NCBI GenBank assembly: GCA_910588885.1
Contig: CAJUSQ010000002.1
Span: 1,350-65,349, forward strand
DNA length: 64,000 nt
Reading direction: 5' to 3'
Source of the DNA: an uncultured Lachnospiraceae bacterium
GTDB taxonomy: Bacteria > Bacillota > Clostridia > Lachnospirales > Lachnospiraceae
The notes below the pieces were generated by a model. That model did no database searches and had not been told where the DNA came from. It worked only from the letters and a program-made list of their open reading frames with translations. The translations under genes were made by a program, and so were the position numbers. Positions 1 through 11,572 of the stretch are shown piece after piece (position 1 is the stretch's first letter; each line of letters opens with the position of its first letter).

Positions 1-1015
1 TACTATGGATTTCATTGAAATCCACATGGGCATACTGCTTCACGGCGTCAATCATTGTGATACGGGCAAAGGGCTTGGACAAATCCATCTGGTTCTCTCC
101 GTAGGTGATAACTTCTGAACCGGTTACTTCCTTTGCAACATGGCGGTACAGATTTTCAGTCAAATCCATCATGCCATGATAATCCGTATATGCCTGATAC
201 AGTTCCATTAAGGTAAACTCCGGATTATGCCGGGTATCCAGGCCCTCGTTCCGGAAGACCCGCCCGATTTCATAGACACGCTCCAAACCGCCTACAATCA
301 GACGCTTCAAGTAAAGCTCCAGGGAAATCCGAAGCTTAAAATCCTCGTTCAGAGCGTTAAAATGTGTTTCAAAAGGCCGGGCAGCCGCGCCGCCTGCATT
401 GGAAACAAGCATCGGCGTCTCTACCTCCATAAACCCCTGGTCATCCAAATATCTCCGGATTGCGCTTAATACCTTGGAACGTTTGATAAAAGTATCTTTT
501 ACATCTTCATTCATGATTAAGTCCACATATCGCTGCCGGTAACGGATATCCGTATTGGTCAGGCCGTGGAACTTCTCCGGCAGAATCTGCAGGCTTTTCG
601 TCAGTAAAGTCACTTTGGCTGCATGGACTGAAATCTCGCCGGTTTTTGTTTTAAATACCTCGCCTTCAATCCCGACAATGTCGCCTACATCCAGACGCTT
701 GAATTCCTTATAGGGTTCTTCACCCACGCTGTCCTTCGCCACGTAGGACTGAATGTTGCCTTTTAAATCCTGAATATTGCAAAAAGAGGCTTTCCCCATG
801 ACACGCTTGGACATAATACGTCCCGCAACCGAAACCTGCTGTCCTTCCAGACGCTCAAACTGTTCCTTAATGTCCATGCTGTGATGGGTTACATCGTATT
901 TCGTAATCTGAAACGGATCTTTGCCGTTTTCCTGAAGCTCTTTCAGCTTATCCCGGCGCACTTTTAACAATTGGTTGATATCCTGTTCCTGTACATTTTG
1001 ATTCTTTTCCGCCAT
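1..1015 (-). CDS. lysS: lysine--tRNA ligase, class II (N-terminal ~338 codons; gene runs off the left edge)
   Basis: Own translation of the minus strand from ATG at 1015-1013: MAEKNQNVQEQDINQLLKVRRDKLKELQENGKDPF...GRIMSKRVMGKASF...FMEVETPML...YEIGRVFRNEGLDTRHNPEFT. This shows the OB anticodon-binding and class II core motifs. It is absent from the ORF track because there is no stop in the window. The greA-lysS order is typical of Firmicutes. Confidence 0.9.
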   Translation of the reverse strand, partial: MAEKNQNVQEQDINQLLKVRRDKLKELQENGKDPFQITKYDVTHHSMDIKEQFERLEGQQVSVAGRIMSKRVMGKASFCNIQDLKGNIQSYVAKDSVGEEPYKEFKRLDVGDIVGIEGEVFKTKTGEISVHAAKVTLLTKSLQILPEKFHGLTNTDIRYRQRYVDLIMNEDVKDTFIKRSKVLSAIRRYLDDQGFMEVETPMLVSNAGGAAARPFETHFNALNEDFKLRISLELYLKRLIVGGLERVYEIGRVFRNEGLDTRHNPEFTLMELYQAYTDYHGMMDLTENLYRHVAKEVTGSEVITYGENQMDLSKPFARITMIDAVKQYAHVDFNEIHS

Positions 1016-1052
1016 CTCTTATCTCCTCTTAATCTGGGTGCCAGGCTTCCTC

Positions 1053-1532
1053 TTAATTCGAGCGCTGGATCTCGAGTACCTTATACTCCAATACTCCTGC
1101 CTGTGTTTCTGCTTTTACCATATCTCCGACTTTCGCACCGATCAATGCCCGGCCAACCGGAGATTCATTGGAAATCTTACCCTGCAGGCTGTTGGCTTCC
1201 GTGGAGCCTACAATCTTATATTCCAGTTCTTCTTCAAATTCACAATCATAGATCTTCACCTTACAGCCAATGTTAATTTTATCCAAGTCAACCTCATCTT
1301 CTACGACTACTTCCGCATTTTTGAGGATTTTTTCAATTTCTTCAATTCTCGCTTCTATATCACGCTGCTCATCCTTTGCTGCATCATATTCGGCATTTTC
1401 AGAAAGATCCCCCTGTTCTCTGGCTTCCTTTATCTTCTGGGCAACTTCCTTTCTTTTTACCACCTTCAAATCATGCAACTCATTTTCCAGCTTCTGTAAG
1501 CCTTCATAGGTCAAGATATTTTTCTTTTCCAT
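1053..1532 (-). CDS. greA: transcription elongation factor GreA
   Basis: 159 aa. Coiled-coil N-terminus with the acidic tip (GDLSENAEYDAAKDEQ) and a C-terminal FKBP-like domain (SPVGRALIGAKVGD). Confidence 0.95.
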   Translation of the reverse strand: MEKKNILTYEGLQKLENELHDLKVVKRKEVAQKIKEAREQGDLSENAEYDAAKDEQRDIEARIEEIEKILKNAEVVVEDEVDLDKINIGCKVKIYDCEFEEELEYKIVGSTEANSLQGKISNESPVGRALIGAKVGDMVKAETQAGVLEYKVLEIQRSN

Positions 1533-1537
1533 ATCTG

Positions 1538-2116
1538 CTACAACATCCTTCCTCTTTTTTCTACTGCACGAATTCCTTTAACAGTCACAGTATTATACCC
1601 GATAGGCACGAAAATGTCAAGATTTTCAGCCGTTTCCCACTCCTTTTTATAAATCGGAAGATAGATGGACGGCTCCGGCAAATCCAGTTTCCATATTGTT
1701 CCCTGCCGCTCAAAATCCAGCACCGTATTAACCGAACTTCCGGGCGGATTGCATTTTTCCTCCAGGCAAACCAGTAATCCATGTTCCTCATACATTGTTT
1801 CAACATATTCCTGAAAATATGCAGCCCGGTTTGTAAGTATCGTCAAATAGTTTAAATCCGGAGACAAGTCTTCCAGGGCCGAACGCACGGCATCCTCCCA
1901 AAAAATTGCGCCTGTATCCACATCCGTATCAATGATCAGAAGCCGCATTCTTCCGTAATCCAGCCCTCGCTTTGGAAGCACCTGCTCCAAAATCTCCCGA
2001 ATATACGGCAAATACGGATTTTCCTTCCATTCCTCCGTTTCTTCCTCAGTCGCTTCCCGGCTCCCCGTCCTTCCCAGCCTTTTCAACCATCGGAAAATTC
2101 TGTACAAGCTGCTCAC
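1538..2116 (-). CDS. hypothetical protein
   Basis: 192-aa ORF packed 5 nt upstream of greA on the same strand. No recognisable motif. Confidence 0.5.
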   Translation of the reverse strand: MSSLYRIFRWLKRLGRTGSREATEEETEEWKENPYLPYIREILEQVLPKRGLDYGRMRLLIIDTDVDTGAIFWEDAVRSALEDLSPDLNYLTILTNRAAYFQEYVETMYEEHGLLVCLEEKCNPPGSSVNTVLDFERQGTIWKLDLPEPSIYLPIYKKEWETAENLDIFVPIGYNTVTVKGIRAVEKRGRML

Positions 2117-2230
2117 ACCTTTGTCCTTTTTCTTCCATTATATGCACGTGCAAAGGCGCTTATCACCTGCTTCGGCAAAACCGGTGATTTGTCTTTTTCT
2201 CTAAAAAGACATTATTTTTTGTCCTATTTA

Positions 2231-3193
2231 TTAAATGAGACTCCGAAACAAAGACACTAGCTGCTCATAATTTTCCACTTCGTTGATTTTGCCCCTAAGC
2301 TTTGCAGAATTCTTGTACCCACTGGTATACCAGGCCGCATGTTTCCGCATCTCCCGCATTCCGGTGTATTCGCCCTTTACCGCAAGCTGAATCCGGGCAT
2401 GGCGCAAAAGCATCTCGGTTACCTCGGAAAAGGAAGGCTTCTCCGGTTTCTTCCCGGTTTCAAAATATTCCAGAAGCTGCCGGAAGATCCAGGGATTTCC
2501 CTGGGCTCCCCTGCCAATCATAAAACCGTCGCATCCGGTTTCCTCTGCCATCCGTTCTACCTCTTCTGCACAAGTAAGATCCCCGTTTCCGATTACCGGA
2601 ATGGACAACGCTTCCTTGACCTGGCGGATGATATCCCAGTCTGCTTTTCCTGCGTAATATTGTTCCCTGGTTCTTCCGTGTACGGCTACGGCGGACACTC
2701 CGCAGGCTTCGGCAATCCTGGCAATTTCTACGGCATTGACGGAAGCATCGTCAAAGCCTTTGCGGATCTTTACGGTCACCGGTTTTTGAATGGCCTTTAC
2801 TGTTTTTTGTAAAATTGCTTCTACCAGCTTGGGCTGTTTCATCAGAGCGGAGCCCTCCCCGTTATTTACCACCTTCGGTACGGGACATCCCATATTAATG
2901 TCCAGGATATCAAAGGGACGTTCCTCTATTTTTTTTGCCATTTCACTGATAATTTCCGGATCGGATCCAAACAGCTGCAGGGAAACGGGACGTTCTTTGG
3001 GATCTATCTCCAGAAGGGCTTCCGTATTTTTATTTCCATAATAAATGGCCTTGGCACTGACCATTTCCATGCACAAAAGCCCCGCTCCCTGCTCCTTACA
3101 CAAAAGCCGGAACGGCAGATCCGTCACTCCGGCCATGGGTGCCAGTATGAAATTGTTTTCCAGGCTTACGGTTCCTATTTTCAAAGGCTTCAT
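2231..3193 (-). CDS. dusB: tRNA-dihydrouridine synthase
   Basis: 320 aa. [17 protein letters not shown]-binding TIM-barrel N-terminus, NMGCP and AVAVHGRT motifs. Confidence 0.9.
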   Translation of the reverse strand: MKPLKIGTVSLENNFILAPMAGVTDLPFRLLCKEQGAGLLCMEMVSAKAIYYGNKNTEALLEIDPKERPVSLQLFGSDPEIISEMAKKIEERPFDILDINMGCPVPKVVNNGEGSALMKQPKLVEAILQKTVKAIQKPVTVKIRKGFDDASVNAVEIARIAEACGVSAVAVHGRTREQYYAGKADWDIIRQVKEALSIPVIGNGDLTCAEEVERMAEETGCDGFMIGRGAQGNPWIFRQLLEYFETGKKPEKPSFSEVTEMLLRHARIQLAVKGEYTGMREMRKHAAWYTSGYKNSAKLRGKINEVENYEQLVSLFRSLI

Positions 3194-3978
3194 GCTTTCC
3201 CACGCTTCTGCTTATGATAGATGATGCGGAGTCCCTGCAGTGTCAGGTTCGGGTCATAAATATCAATACTGTCCGTTTCCTTGGCAATAATTTTCCCCAG
3301 GCCGCCGGTAGCCACTACCTTTAAATCTTTCAGGCCCGTTTCTTCTTTTGTCCGGTTGATAATATATTCCGTCTGACCGATTTGTCCATAGACAAGGCCC
3401 GCCTGCATACAGCTTATGGTTTCCTTTGCCAAAATGCTGTCCGGTTTGCGGATTTCAATTTCCGGAAGCTTTGCCGCATCCTGCCATAAGGCCCGGGCCG
3501 AAGTACGGATCCCGGGAGCAATCACGCTGGAAACAAGGGCTCCGCTGCCGTCCACCAGATCATACGTAGTCGCCGTACCGAAATCAATAATAAAAATCGG
3601 CCCGCCGTACAACTCAAAGGCCGCCGCCGCGTCTACAATCTTATCGGCCCCTACCTGCTTCGGGTTTTCCGCTAAAATACGGATTCCGGTCTTCACGCCC
3701 GGCTCTACAATAATTGCCTTCCGATTCAGATATTTAATTATCGCGCTTAGCAGGGAATGCATCACATTTGGAACCACGGAAGCTACAATAACATCTTCAA
3801 TGCCTTCCGGACGAATATTGTTGTGCAGCAGCATACTTTTTAAATGAATTCCGTATTCGTCTGAAGTTCTGGGCTGTTTGGTCGTCATGCGGAAGGTTGA
3901 AATCAACCGCTCTCCTTCAAATACGCCAAAGGTCAGATTGGTATTCCCCACATCAATTACTAACAGCATTTTATTCAC
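3190..3978 (-). CDS. coaX: type III pantothenate kinase
   Basis: 262 aa. [10 protein letters not shown] phosphate-1 motif and DFGTATT (ASKHA fold). 4-nt overlap with dusB. Confidence 0.9.
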   Translation of the reverse strand: MNKMLLVIDVGNTNLTFGVFEGERLISTFRMTTKQPRTSDEYGIHLKSMLLHNNIRPEGIEDVIVASVVPNVMHSLLSAIIKYLNRKAIIVEPGVKTGIRILAENPKQVGADKIVDAAAAFELYGGPIFIIDFGTATTYDLVDGSGALVSSVIAPGIRTSARALWQDAAKLPEIEIRKPDSILAKETISCMQAGLVYGQIGQTEYIINRTKEETGLKDLKVVATGGLGKIIAKETDSIDIYDPNLTLQGLRIIYHKQKRGKA

Positions 3979-4325
3979 CCGTTTTCATCCTCTCCGTCAA
4001 AATCTTCTCCAAGAAACACTACTTTATAAAAAATCTCCAATGATTCCAGCAGTTCTGTCCGTTCTCTTTGGATCTGCTTTATCTTCAGCACGCTTCCAAT
4101 CTCATCGTAAAGCAGGTCTTCGTCGTCACAGCCCGCTTCCAAGTGCAGATTTCCATCCTCGTCAAACACCAGGGTCAAAAAGCCGCCCACGTCCTCGGTA
4201 TATAGGACACACAGGATCTGAAGCTCCTGCCGGACCCCTTCCGGCAGCTCTGAAAACTGGGGATTCAAATAATATTTTTTGGTATAAGCACTGGCTCCGC
4301 AGAGAACCACATTGTCTCTTTCCAT
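3975..4325 (-). CDS. small acidic hypothetical protein
   Basis: 116-aa ORF, 4-nt overlap with coaX, between birA and coaX. Confidence 0.5.
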   Translation of the reverse strand: MERDNVVLCGASAYTKKYYLNPQFSELPEGVRQELQILCVLYTEDVGGFLTLVFDEDGNLHLEAGCDDEDLLYDEIGSVLKIKQIQRERTELLESLEIFYKVVFLGEDFDGEDENG

Positions 4326-4336
4326 ACTTTTCTCCT

Positions 4337-5347
4337 TTATGGGGCATAGCCATAAATGCCCCGCACCGATACTTCCCCGGAATTGACGGAAACCATCGTA
4401 TGCTCCCGTTCCACCAGCAATTCCCCGTTCCCGTTAATACCCCTTGCAATGCCCTCATACGCTCCGTCCGGATCCAAAACCTTCACCTGCTTGTCCTTAT
4501 TCGCAAGATATTTGTGGTACTCGTCCAAAAACAACGTCACGTCCTTCGTCTGCATATACAGTTCATAATACCGTTCGAATTCTTCCAGTACGGTTTCCAA
4601 CAGGAGCGACCGGGCAGGAAGGGGTTCTTCGTCTTCCCTTTTCTGATTCCCATTACTCCAGGCTGTTTCCAGAGTCGTAGCCACCAGAGCCACTTCCTTT
4701 GGAAATACCTGGCTTTTTACATTAATCCCGATACCTGTCACAATATAGTTTACATAATCTACCTGTGCGCTCATTTCCGTTAAAATTCCGCAGACTTTCC
4801 GGCCATTTAAAATCACGTCGTTGGGCCATTTGATCAGCGGCTCTATGCCGGGCAGCCGTCCAAGCGCTTTCACTACGGCCATTGCCGCAACCAAAGTCAG
4901 CATGGGGGCCTGTGCCGGCATCAGCTCCGGCTTCAGGATAAAGCTGAACCAGATTCCGGTTCCGCCCTGGGAACTCCACTGATGCCCCCTCCTGCCCCGG
5001 CCTGCATTCTGCACTTCGGCTACCACCACCGATCCATGCCCGGCCCCTTCTTCCGCCAGACGCTTTGCCTGGGTATTTGTGGAATCCACTTCGTCGTAAC
5101 AATAAAATTTCGTTCCAAGCCATTCGGTCCTGCGCCTGCTTACAAGCTCCGGCTCCGTCAGGACATCCGGCGCTGCCAGCAGACGGTATCCCTTATTCTG
5201 TACCGCTTCTATTTCATATCCTGCCTCCTGAAGCTGACGGATGGCCTTCCAGACCGCCGTCCTGGAAACACCCATGCATTGGCACAGCTCCTGTCCGGAC
5301 ACCGACCCGTTTTGCTGACGCAGGACTTTTAAAATCTGCCCTTTCAT
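4337..5347 (-). CDS. birA: bifunctional biotin--[acetyl-CoA-carboxylase] ligase / biotin operon repressor
   Basis: 336 aa. N-terminal wHTH ([21 protein letters not shown]) and GRGRRGHQW biotin-binding loop. Confidence 0.9.
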   Translation of the reverse strand: MKGQILKVLRQQNGSVSGQELCQCMGVSRTAVWKAIRQLQEAGYEIEAVQNKGYRLLAAPDVLTEPELVSRRRTEWLGTKFYCYDEVDSTNTQAKRLAEEGAGHGSVVVAEVQNAGRGRRGHQWSSQGGTGIWFSFILKPELMPAQAPMLTLVAAMAVVKALGRLPGIEPLIKWPNDVILNGRKVCGILTEMSAQVDYVNYIVTGIGINVKSQVFPKEVALVATTLETAWSNGNQKREDEEPLPARSLLLETVLEEFERYYELYMQTKDVTLFLDEYHKYLANKDKQVKVLDPDGAYEGIARGINGNGELLVEREHTMVSVNSGEVSVRGIYGYAP

Positions 5348-6333
5348 CCTTTTAACGTGGCATACATAACAGCCTTGATGGTATGCATCCTGTTTTCCGC
5401 TTCCTCAAATACGACAGAGCGGTCGCTTTCGAATACTTCGTCTGTTACTTCCAGCTCGGAGAGGCCGAATTTTTCATAAACCTGTTTTCCGATCGTAGTT
5501 TTTAAATCGTGGAACGCCGGAAGGCAATGCATAAAAATCCCGGTGTCCTTGGCATTCTCCATAACCCGGGCATTCACCTGATAGGGCATCAACGCATGAA
5601 TTCGTTCTTCCCATACTTCATCCGGTTCCCCCATGGACACCCATACATCCGTATATATCACGTCCGCGTCTTTCGTGCCCTCCGCTACATCCTCTGTTAA
5701 GGTAACGGAACCTCCGGTTTCCCCGGCAATGTCCTTACAATATGCCACAAGCTCCGAATCCGGGAAATACGCTTTCGTCGTACAGGCCACAAAATGCATC
5801 CCCAGCTTTGCGCAGGTCACCATCAGGGAATTTCCCATATTGTAACGGGCATCCCCCATATAAACCAGCTTGATGCCTTTCAGATGGCCGAACCGTTCTT
5901 TGATGGTAAGCATGTCCGCAATCATCTGAGTCGGATGGAATTCATTGGTCAGCCCGTTCCATACGGGGACTTTGGCATACTCCGCCAGCTCCTCCACAAT
6001 TTCCTGGCCGAATCCCCGATACTCAATACCGTCAAACATCCTTCCCAGCACCCGGGCCGTATCCGGAATACTTTCTTTTTTCCCGATCTGAGAGCCGCTG
6101 GGGTCCAAATATGTGACATGCATACCCAGGTCAAAAGCCGCAACTTCAAAGGAGCAGCGTGTTCTGGTACTGGTTTTTTCAAAAATAAGGGCGATGTTTT
6201 TCCCTTTTAGCTCCTCATGAGGAATCCCTTTTCGCTTCTTCTCCTTTAATTCCGCGGACAAATCAATCAAATATGTAATTTCTTCCGACGTAAAATCCTT
6301 CAGCTTTAAAAAGCTGCGTCCCTTCAAATTCAT
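5344..6333 (-). CDS. argF: ornithine carbamoyltransferase
   Basis: STRTR, HPTQ and HCLP motifs. Start moved to ATG 6333, which follows AAAGGAG, instead of the ORF-track start at 6360. Confidence 0.9.
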   Translation of the reverse strand: MNLKGRSFLKLKDFTSEEITYLIDLSAELKEKKRKGIPHEELKGKNIALIFEKTSTRTRCSFEVAAFDLGMHVTYLDPSGSQIGKKESIPDTARVLGRMFDGIEYRGFGQEIVEELAEYAKVPVWNGLTNEFHPTQMIADMLTIKERFGHLKGIKLVYMGDARYNMGNSLMVTCAKLGMHFVACTTKAYFPDSELVAYCKDIAGETGGSVTLTEDVAEGTKDADVIYTDVWVSMGEPDEVWEERIHALMPYQVNARVMENAKDTGIFMHCLPAFHDLKTTIGKQVYEKFGLSELEVTDEVFESDRSVVFEEAENRMHTIKAVMYATLKG

Positions 6334-6361
6334 GATGTACTCCTTTCTGCCATAAGACAAT

Positions 6362-6388
6362 CGGGCTGTCCTATGGCAGACAGCCCGG
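6362..6388 (-). terminator. 9-bp perfect GC-rich hairpin downstream of the SPFH gene
   Basis: cgggctgtc-N8-gacagcccg. The U-tract on the minus strand is weak. Confidence 0.45.
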
Positions 6389-6438
6389 CATTTTCATTCA
6401 GTTTCTATATTGTCATTATATTTATCATTTCTTTGTAA

Positions 6439-7368
6439 TTATTTCTGTTCTGCAGCCACTTCCGTAATAGACTTCACAAGTCCGGCAACCCCCTGGATTT
6501 CCGAAGGGATAATAATCTTCGTTGCCTTTCCGTCCGCAGCCTTTGCAAATGCTTCCAGACTCTTCAGTTGAAGGACGGAGGCATTCGGTTCCGCTTCTTT
6601 CAGGAATCGAAGACCGTCTGCATTTGCCTGCTGAATCTTAAGAATCGCTTCCGCCTGACCTTCTGCTTCCCGGATCGTCGCTTCTTTCCGGGCTTCCGCA
6701 CGAAGAATCGCCGCCTGCTTCTCTGCTTCCGCATCCAGGATCGCAGATGCCTTTTTCCCTTCTGCCACCAGAACCGTAGACTTCTTCTCCCCTTCCGCAC
6801 GAAGGATCGCTTCCCGGCGTTCCCGCTCTGCCTTCATTTGCTTCTCCATGGCATCCTGAATTGCTGCAGGCGGAATAATATTTTTCAGCTCTACCCGGTT
6901 TACCTTAATGCCCCACGGGTCTGTGGCCACATCCAGAGAAGCCCGCATCTTCGTATTGATCGTCTCCCTGGAGGTCAGGGTTTCATCCAGTTCCATATCA
7001 CCGATTATATTCCGAAGGGTTGTGGCCGTCAGGTTCTCAATGGCCATAATCGGGTTCTCCACTCCATAGGCGAACAGCTTCGGATCCGTAATCTGAAAAA
7101 ATACCACCGTATCAATCCGCATCGTAACATTATCCTTGGTAATCACCGGCTGCGGTGCAAAATCCACTACCTGTTCCTTCAAAAGCACGCGTTTGGCAAT
7201 CCGGTCCAAAAAGGGCATTTTAAAATGGATTCCCACACCCCAAGTTCCCTGATACCCGCCTAACCGTTCAATAACCATCGCATGGGCCTGAGGAACGATT
7301 TTCACACAGGATGCCAGCACAATCAGGATCAAAATAATAAATATGACAGCCAATATCATCGCTTCCAT
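6439..7368 (-). CDS. SPFH/band-7 (stomatin/prohibitin-like) membrane protein
   Basis: 309 aa. N-terminal TM, an SPFH core and an Ala/Glu-rich coiled-coil tail. Paired with the upstream NfeD gene (TAATG overlap). Confidence 0.85.
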   Translation of the reverse strand: MEAMILAVIFIILILIVLASCVKIVPQAHAMVIERLGGYQGTWGVGIHFKMPFLDRIAKRVLLKEQVVDFAPQPVITKDNVTMRIDTVVFFQITDPKLFAYGVENPIMAIENLTATTLRNIIGDMELDETLTSRETINTKMRASLDVATDPWGIKVNRVELKNIIPPAAIQDAMEKQMKAERERREAILRAEGEKKSTVLVAEGKKASAILDAEAEKQAAILRAEARKEATIREAEGQAEAILKIQQANADGLRFLKEAEPNASVLQLKSLEAFAKAADGKATKIIIPSEIQGVAGLVKSITEVAAEQK

Positions 7369-7811
7369 TATAATACCTCCGTTTTCTCACTTGCTCTCAC
7401 CATCAATTTCACACCCCGGATCGCTTCAATCCGGACAATTTCCCCACATTTGATTTCCCGGCCGTCACTGGATCTGGCCGACCACTCCTGGCCGTTCACC
7501 TGCACACGGCCCGAAGCCTTCAGATTATGAATCTCCTCCAGCACCAACGCTTCGGCCCCGATCAGGCTTTCCAGGTTGGTCTTTTTCCGGTCTTTGTTAA
7601 AATATTTCACTGCGAAGGGCCTGGTACCCAGCAGCAGAACCAGGGATACCACGAAAAACAATACAATCTGCACCGGCAGTCCCATCCCAAGTAAGCTGGC
7701 TAAAAACGCTACCAGAGCGCCTCCGGCAAACCAAATGGTGGTAAGCCCCAATGTTATAATCTCAATCACAAGCATGACTACCAATATGGCCAGCCATATG
7801 ATTCCTTCCAT
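7368..7811 (-). CDS. NfeD-family membrane protein
   Basis: 147 aa. Three TM helices plus a C-terminal OB-like domain (GRVQVNGQEWSARS). Canonical NfeD-SPFH operon. Confidence 0.8.
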   Translation of the reverse strand: MEGIIWLAILVVMLVIEIITLGLTTIWFAGGALVAFLASLLGMGLPVQIVLFFVVSLVLLLGTRPFAVKYFNKDRKKTNLESLIGAEALVLEEIHNLKASGRVQVNGQEWSARSSDGREIKCGEIVRIEAIRGVKLMVRASEKTEVL

Positions 7812-7981
7812 CCGACCGCCTCCTCTGCTATTTAGCTTCTGTCAGCAGCTTTCGAAAGCACTGAAAGCTACGGTATCTTTTATCATATTACTATACTTCC
7901 TGCCGGATTACAAGAAAAAAATACGGCATTCCAGCAGTCTCCTGTCCTGAAATGCCATATCCTTAGTTTTCTACGGTTTTC

Positions 7982-9439
7982 TTAATAAAATACATGGTTT
8001 CCGATTACAATTCCGGCCTGCCCTGAGCTTGCACTCCGAAAATGGGTTGCGCCTGCCACATTGTCCGCGCCGCCGATTGCCGCCTGGGCTGCTGCAAGAC
8101 AGCTGCCGCTGACACCTCTGGCCAATACGTTTGCCAATGCGCCGCTGGAAGCCGGTGTAAACTGGCCGCTCTGATAGATTACTCCGGAAATGCTTCCGGC
8201 GTATCCGCTTCTTAAACGATTCATTACAACAGCGCCTACTGCAAGCTGGCCTTCATAGCTTTCGCCGCCTGCTTCGCACTGGATCAGCGCTCCCAAAAGG
8301 GTTACGTCATCATAAGATGCCGCAACGGCTTCCTTCTGGCTGGTTCCTCCGCTGGATTTCTGTTTCTTCTTTGCGGCCTCTTCCTGTGCTTTCTGAATGG
8401 CAGCACGTTCTTCTTCAATAGAAATGGCCTTGCCCAGCTTTAATTCAACGGAAACATATTCCGCACTGACATAGGCAGTGGTATCGGAGCACTGTACTGC
8501 TACCCATCCTTCCGGCGCTTCCGCTTCCATATCTACTTTCAGCTTATCGCCTTCACCCAAAACGTCTACAATCCCGGTTTCCTCGGCAGAATTTGCCTCG
8601 GCACGTACACGCAGTCCACCTGTCAGGGATGTAGCATATACGGTTCCCTGCTCATATGCCATTGCTTCTGCTGCATCGTCAAAAACGCAGTATTCATTCT
8701 TTACATATCCTTCTACGCTTCCGGAAGAAATTTTGCTCCATTCTTCTCCCCGCTCTATGATATCCGCTGCATCACCTTTGCGCAGCTTTCCAAGCAGCTC
8801 AGCTTCTTCGCTGGCCTCTGCACGGATATTTAGATACTCCTCTACATTCGGCATCAATCTGGTTGCCCACTCGGATACCACTTCTTCCACGGGCTGGCCT
8901 TCTGCAGGCTGCTGAACTTCCTGACCTTCTGCGGGCTGGCCTTCCTGACCCTCTACCGGCTGCTGAACTTCCGCAGGCTGGCCCTCTGCAGGCTGCTGGC
9001 CTTCGGGCTGAACCTCCTGGCCTTCCGCAAGCTGGTTCTCATTTGCCTGGCCTTCTGCGGGCTGATTTTCGGCAAGCTGGCCTTCCACTTCCTGGTTCAC
9101 TGCCGGTTCCTCTGTCTCGGACTGGTTTTCCATGGGCTGATTCTCCGAAGATTCCCCAACCGTTACCGGATTCTGTACTGCAGCTCCTGCTGCCGGCAGT
9201 TCTTCCACAGAACCCTCCGTCTCTTCTGCTGCAAATTCGGAAATATTAGCAGCACCTGCAGATGCGACAAGATTAAATACCGCTTGTTCCTTCATGGCCG
9301 TTGTATCTTCAAATAAATCCACTTTGGTAAATTGCTCTACTTTGGTATCCACTTTTCCGTCAGAAACAGTCGTAACTGTAATCGTCAATGCAAAAACTAC
9401 AACCGCAGCGCCTTCAATTACCTTTTTATTTACTCTCAT
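7982..9439 (-). CDS. secreted cell-wall hydrolase (2x SH3-like domains + C-terminal SleB-type hydrolase domain)
   Basis: 485 aa. Signal/TM N-terminus, a QPAEGQ low-complexity repeat region and two SH3_3-like segments. C-terminal LLGALIQCEAGGESYEGQLAVGAVVMNRL...YQSGQF is typical of the SleB/CwlJ hydrolase fold. Confidence 0.75.
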   Translation of the reverse strand: MRVNKKVIEGAAVVVFALTITVTTVSDGKVDTKVEQFTKVDLFEDTTAMKEQAVFNLVASAGAANISEFAAEETEGSVEELPAAGAAVQNPVTVGESSENQPMENQSETEEPAVNQEVEGQLAENQPAEGQANENQLAEGQEVQPEGQQPAEGQPAEVQQPVEGQEGQPAEGQEVQQPAEGQPVEEVVSEWATRLMPNVEEYLNIRAEASEEAELLGKLRKGDAADIIERGEEWSKISSGSVEGYVKNEYCVFDDAAEAMAYEQGTVYATSLTGGLRVRAEANSAEETGIVDVLGEGDKLKVDMEAEAPEGWVAVQCSDTTAYVSAEYVSVELKLGKAISIEEERAAIQKAQEEAAKKKQKSSGGTSQKEAVAASYDDVTLLGALIQCEAGGESYEGQLAVGAVVMNRLRSGYAGSISGVIYQSGQFTPASSGALANVLARGVSGSCLAAAQAAIGGADNVAGATHFRSASSGQAGIVIGNHVFY

Positions 9440-9610
9440 TTTAACCTCCTGGACAGCATCATAAACCTTCTCAATTATTATGTTTCTATTACATAATTTA
9501 TGCTGTTTAATACAAATTTGTTACAAATATTACAAACTTGTTACAGTGAGATTATAGCAAACACCCCTATTTTTGTCAAGATATTAATTACTTATTTCTT
9601 TCTTTTCATA

Positions 9611-9650
9611 GAAAAAGCCCGGAAATTCAAGGTTTTCCAGGCTTTTTTCT
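9611..9650 (-). terminator. intrinsic terminator after pgi
   Basis: Minus strand: AGCCTGGAAA-loop-TTTCCGGGCT followed by TTTTT. Confidence 0.6.
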
Positions 9651-9695
9651 TTTTCATTTCTTTCATTTTATTTTTACAATTCTGTAATATTTTCA

Positions 9696-11042
9696 TTACA
9701 GGCGTTTTAATAATTCTTCCCGTTCTTTTTCAAATCCGGGCTTTCCTAAAAGGGCAAACATATTTTTCTTGTAGCTCTCTACCCCCGGCTGGTTAAAGGG
9801 ATTCACACCCAGTACATATCCGCTGACGCCGCAGGCAAATTCAAAGAAATAGAAAAGCTGTCCTAAGTAAAATTCGTTCTGCTCCGGAATCTTCACCATC
9901 AGATTCGGTACATTTCCGTCCGTATGAGCCAAAATGGTTCCGTTCATGGCACTCTTGTTTACAAAATCCATATCTTTTCCGGCCAGATAGTTCAAGCCGT
10001 CCAAATCCGTCTCTTCTTCTTTCAGTAAAATCTCTTCCCGGGACGCTTCCACATTCAAAACCGTTTCAAACATGATTCTTGCTCCGTCCTGGATAAACTG
10101 CCCCATGGAATGAAGATCTGTCGTCAAATCAACGGATGCCGGGAAAATACCCTTCTGGTCTTTTCCTTCGCTTTCCCCGTACAGCTGCTTCCACCATTCG
10201 GAAACATAGTGCAGGCTGGGTTCGTAATTCGCTAATACCTCAACATTTTTTCCTTTTCTCAGCAAAATATTACGAATTGCCGCATATTTTAAAGCATCGT
10301 TCTCTTCAAATCCATTCTTCAATGCCAGTTCTCTTCCGGAAGCGGCCCCTTCCATCAGCTGGTCAATATCTGCACCGCTTACGGCAATCGGCAGAAGCCC
10401 AACCGCCGTCAGGACAGAAAATCTTCCGCCCACATCATCCGGTACTACAAAGCTCTCATAGCCTTCTTCCGTTGCCAGCCCCTTCAAAGCCCCCCGGGCC
10501 TTATCCGTAGTTGCATAGATTCTTCCGGCCGCTTCTTTCTTGCCGTATTTCTTCTCTAACAGTTCCTTAAAAATACGGAAGGCAATGGCAGGTTCCGTGG
10601 TAGTTCCGGATTTCGAAATAATATTCACCGAAAAATCCCTGTCACCGATTACTTCCTGCAGATGCTTTAAATAAGTAGCGCTGATGCTGTTCCCTGCATA
10701 ATAAATCTCAGGGGTCTTACGGATCTCCTTCGGCACATTATTATAAAAACTATGCCTTAAAAATTCAATCGCCGCCCGGGCGCCCAAATAGGAACCGCCG
10801 ATTCCGATTACAACCAGTACCTCGGAATCCTCCTGAATCTTCTTTGCAGCCTTTTTAATCCGTGCAAATTCTTCTTTATCATAGTCCACCGGTAAATCGA
10901 CCCATCCCAAAAAGTCATTGCCGGCCCCGGTTTTACTGGTCAGGAGTTCTTTGGCATCCTCTACGATTTTACTCATATAAGATACTTCCTCTGCACTGAT
11001 AAACGATGCTGCCTTTGCATAATCAAATGTAACTTTTTTCAT
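9696..11042 (-). CDS. pgi: glucose-6-phosphate isomerase
   Basis: 448 aa. GIGGSYLG and SKSGTTTEP motifs. Firmicute-type short PGI. Confidence 0.95.
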   Translation of the reverse strand: MKKVTFDYAKAASFISAEEVSYMSKIVEDAKELLTSKTGAGNDFLGWVDLPVDYDKEEFARIKKAAKKIQEDSEVLVVIGIGGSYLGARAAIEFLRHSFYNNVPKEIRKTPEIYYAGNSISATYLKHLQEVIGDRDFSVNIISKSGTTTEPAIAFRIFKELLEKKYGKKEAAGRIYATTDKARGALKGLATEEGYESFVVPDDVGGRFSVLTAVGLLPIAVSGADIDQLMEGAASGRELALKNGFEENDALKYAAIRNILLRKGKNVEVLANYEPSLHYVSEWWKQLYGESEGKDQKGIFPASVDLTTDLHSMGQFIQDGARIMFETVLNVEASREEILLKEEETDLDGLNYLAGKDMDFVNKSAMNGTILAHTDGNVPNLMVKIPEQNEFYLGQLFYFFEFACGVSGYVLGVNPFNQPGVESYKKNMFALLGKPGFEKEREELLKRL

Positions 11043-11119
11043 TTGCCTCTCTCCTTATTCTGAACCTGTTGAAACCAATGTCCCTCTTCCGTATATTGTA
11101 TCAAAGCGGCCACACTTAA

Positions 11120-11455
11120 TCAAGAAAAATATTCCTGCATCACTGCATTGAATACCTCTTCGTCTTCCGGGCTGTGCTCCTTTTTCCTGGATAGCAGAAA
11201 ATCCCTTTCTTCCTTTGTGACCTCCCAGTCCTCCCGGCGCGGTTCCCTTGCCATAGGACGGACCTCCCCTTGTTCTTCCTCTTCCATAATTACATCAAAA
11301 TATTCCTGGATTTTGCCTGTAATCATGGCCAGGTTCCGGTTCAGCCGTTTTAACTGCCGGTTCATCCTCCACAGCAAAAATGCTGCCAGAAAAACAACAA
11401 GGAAAATTCCCCAGACTGCATACTGGTTTACAAAATTAAATATGAGGTCTTTCAT
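11120..11455 (-). CDS. single-pass membrane protein, hypothetical
   Basis: 111 aa. One TM helix (VWGIFLVVFLAAFLLW) followed by an acidic tail. Confidence 0.5.
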   Translation of the reverse strand: MKDLIFNFVNQYAVWGIFLVVFLAAFLLWRMNRQLKRLNRNLAMITGKIQEYFDVIMEEEEQGEVRPMAREPRREDWEVTKEERDFLLSRKKEHSPEDEEVFNAVMQEYFS

Positions 11456-11572
11456 TGGATTCCATATCCCCTTTCTATGATTATGAATCTTATTATAAAA
11501 TAAGAACCGGCACTTTGAAAAGGGGGACGAAGCCTTTTTTCATCGCATCTTTTCCCATTTTGCGACGGCATT

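Noticed and set aside
3878-4783. 301-aa plus-strand ORF, and many similar long ORFs antisense to confident genes (for example 26984..27895, 28803..29516, 32609..33358, 46930..47718, 54516..55160, 21611..22348).
   Set aside because: They lie wholly opposite well-supported genes such as coaX/birA, flagellin and glgB. Their composition is Pro/Arg/Ser/Leu-rich and low in complexity, which is typical of antisense frames in ~50% GC DNA. They also lack RBSs.
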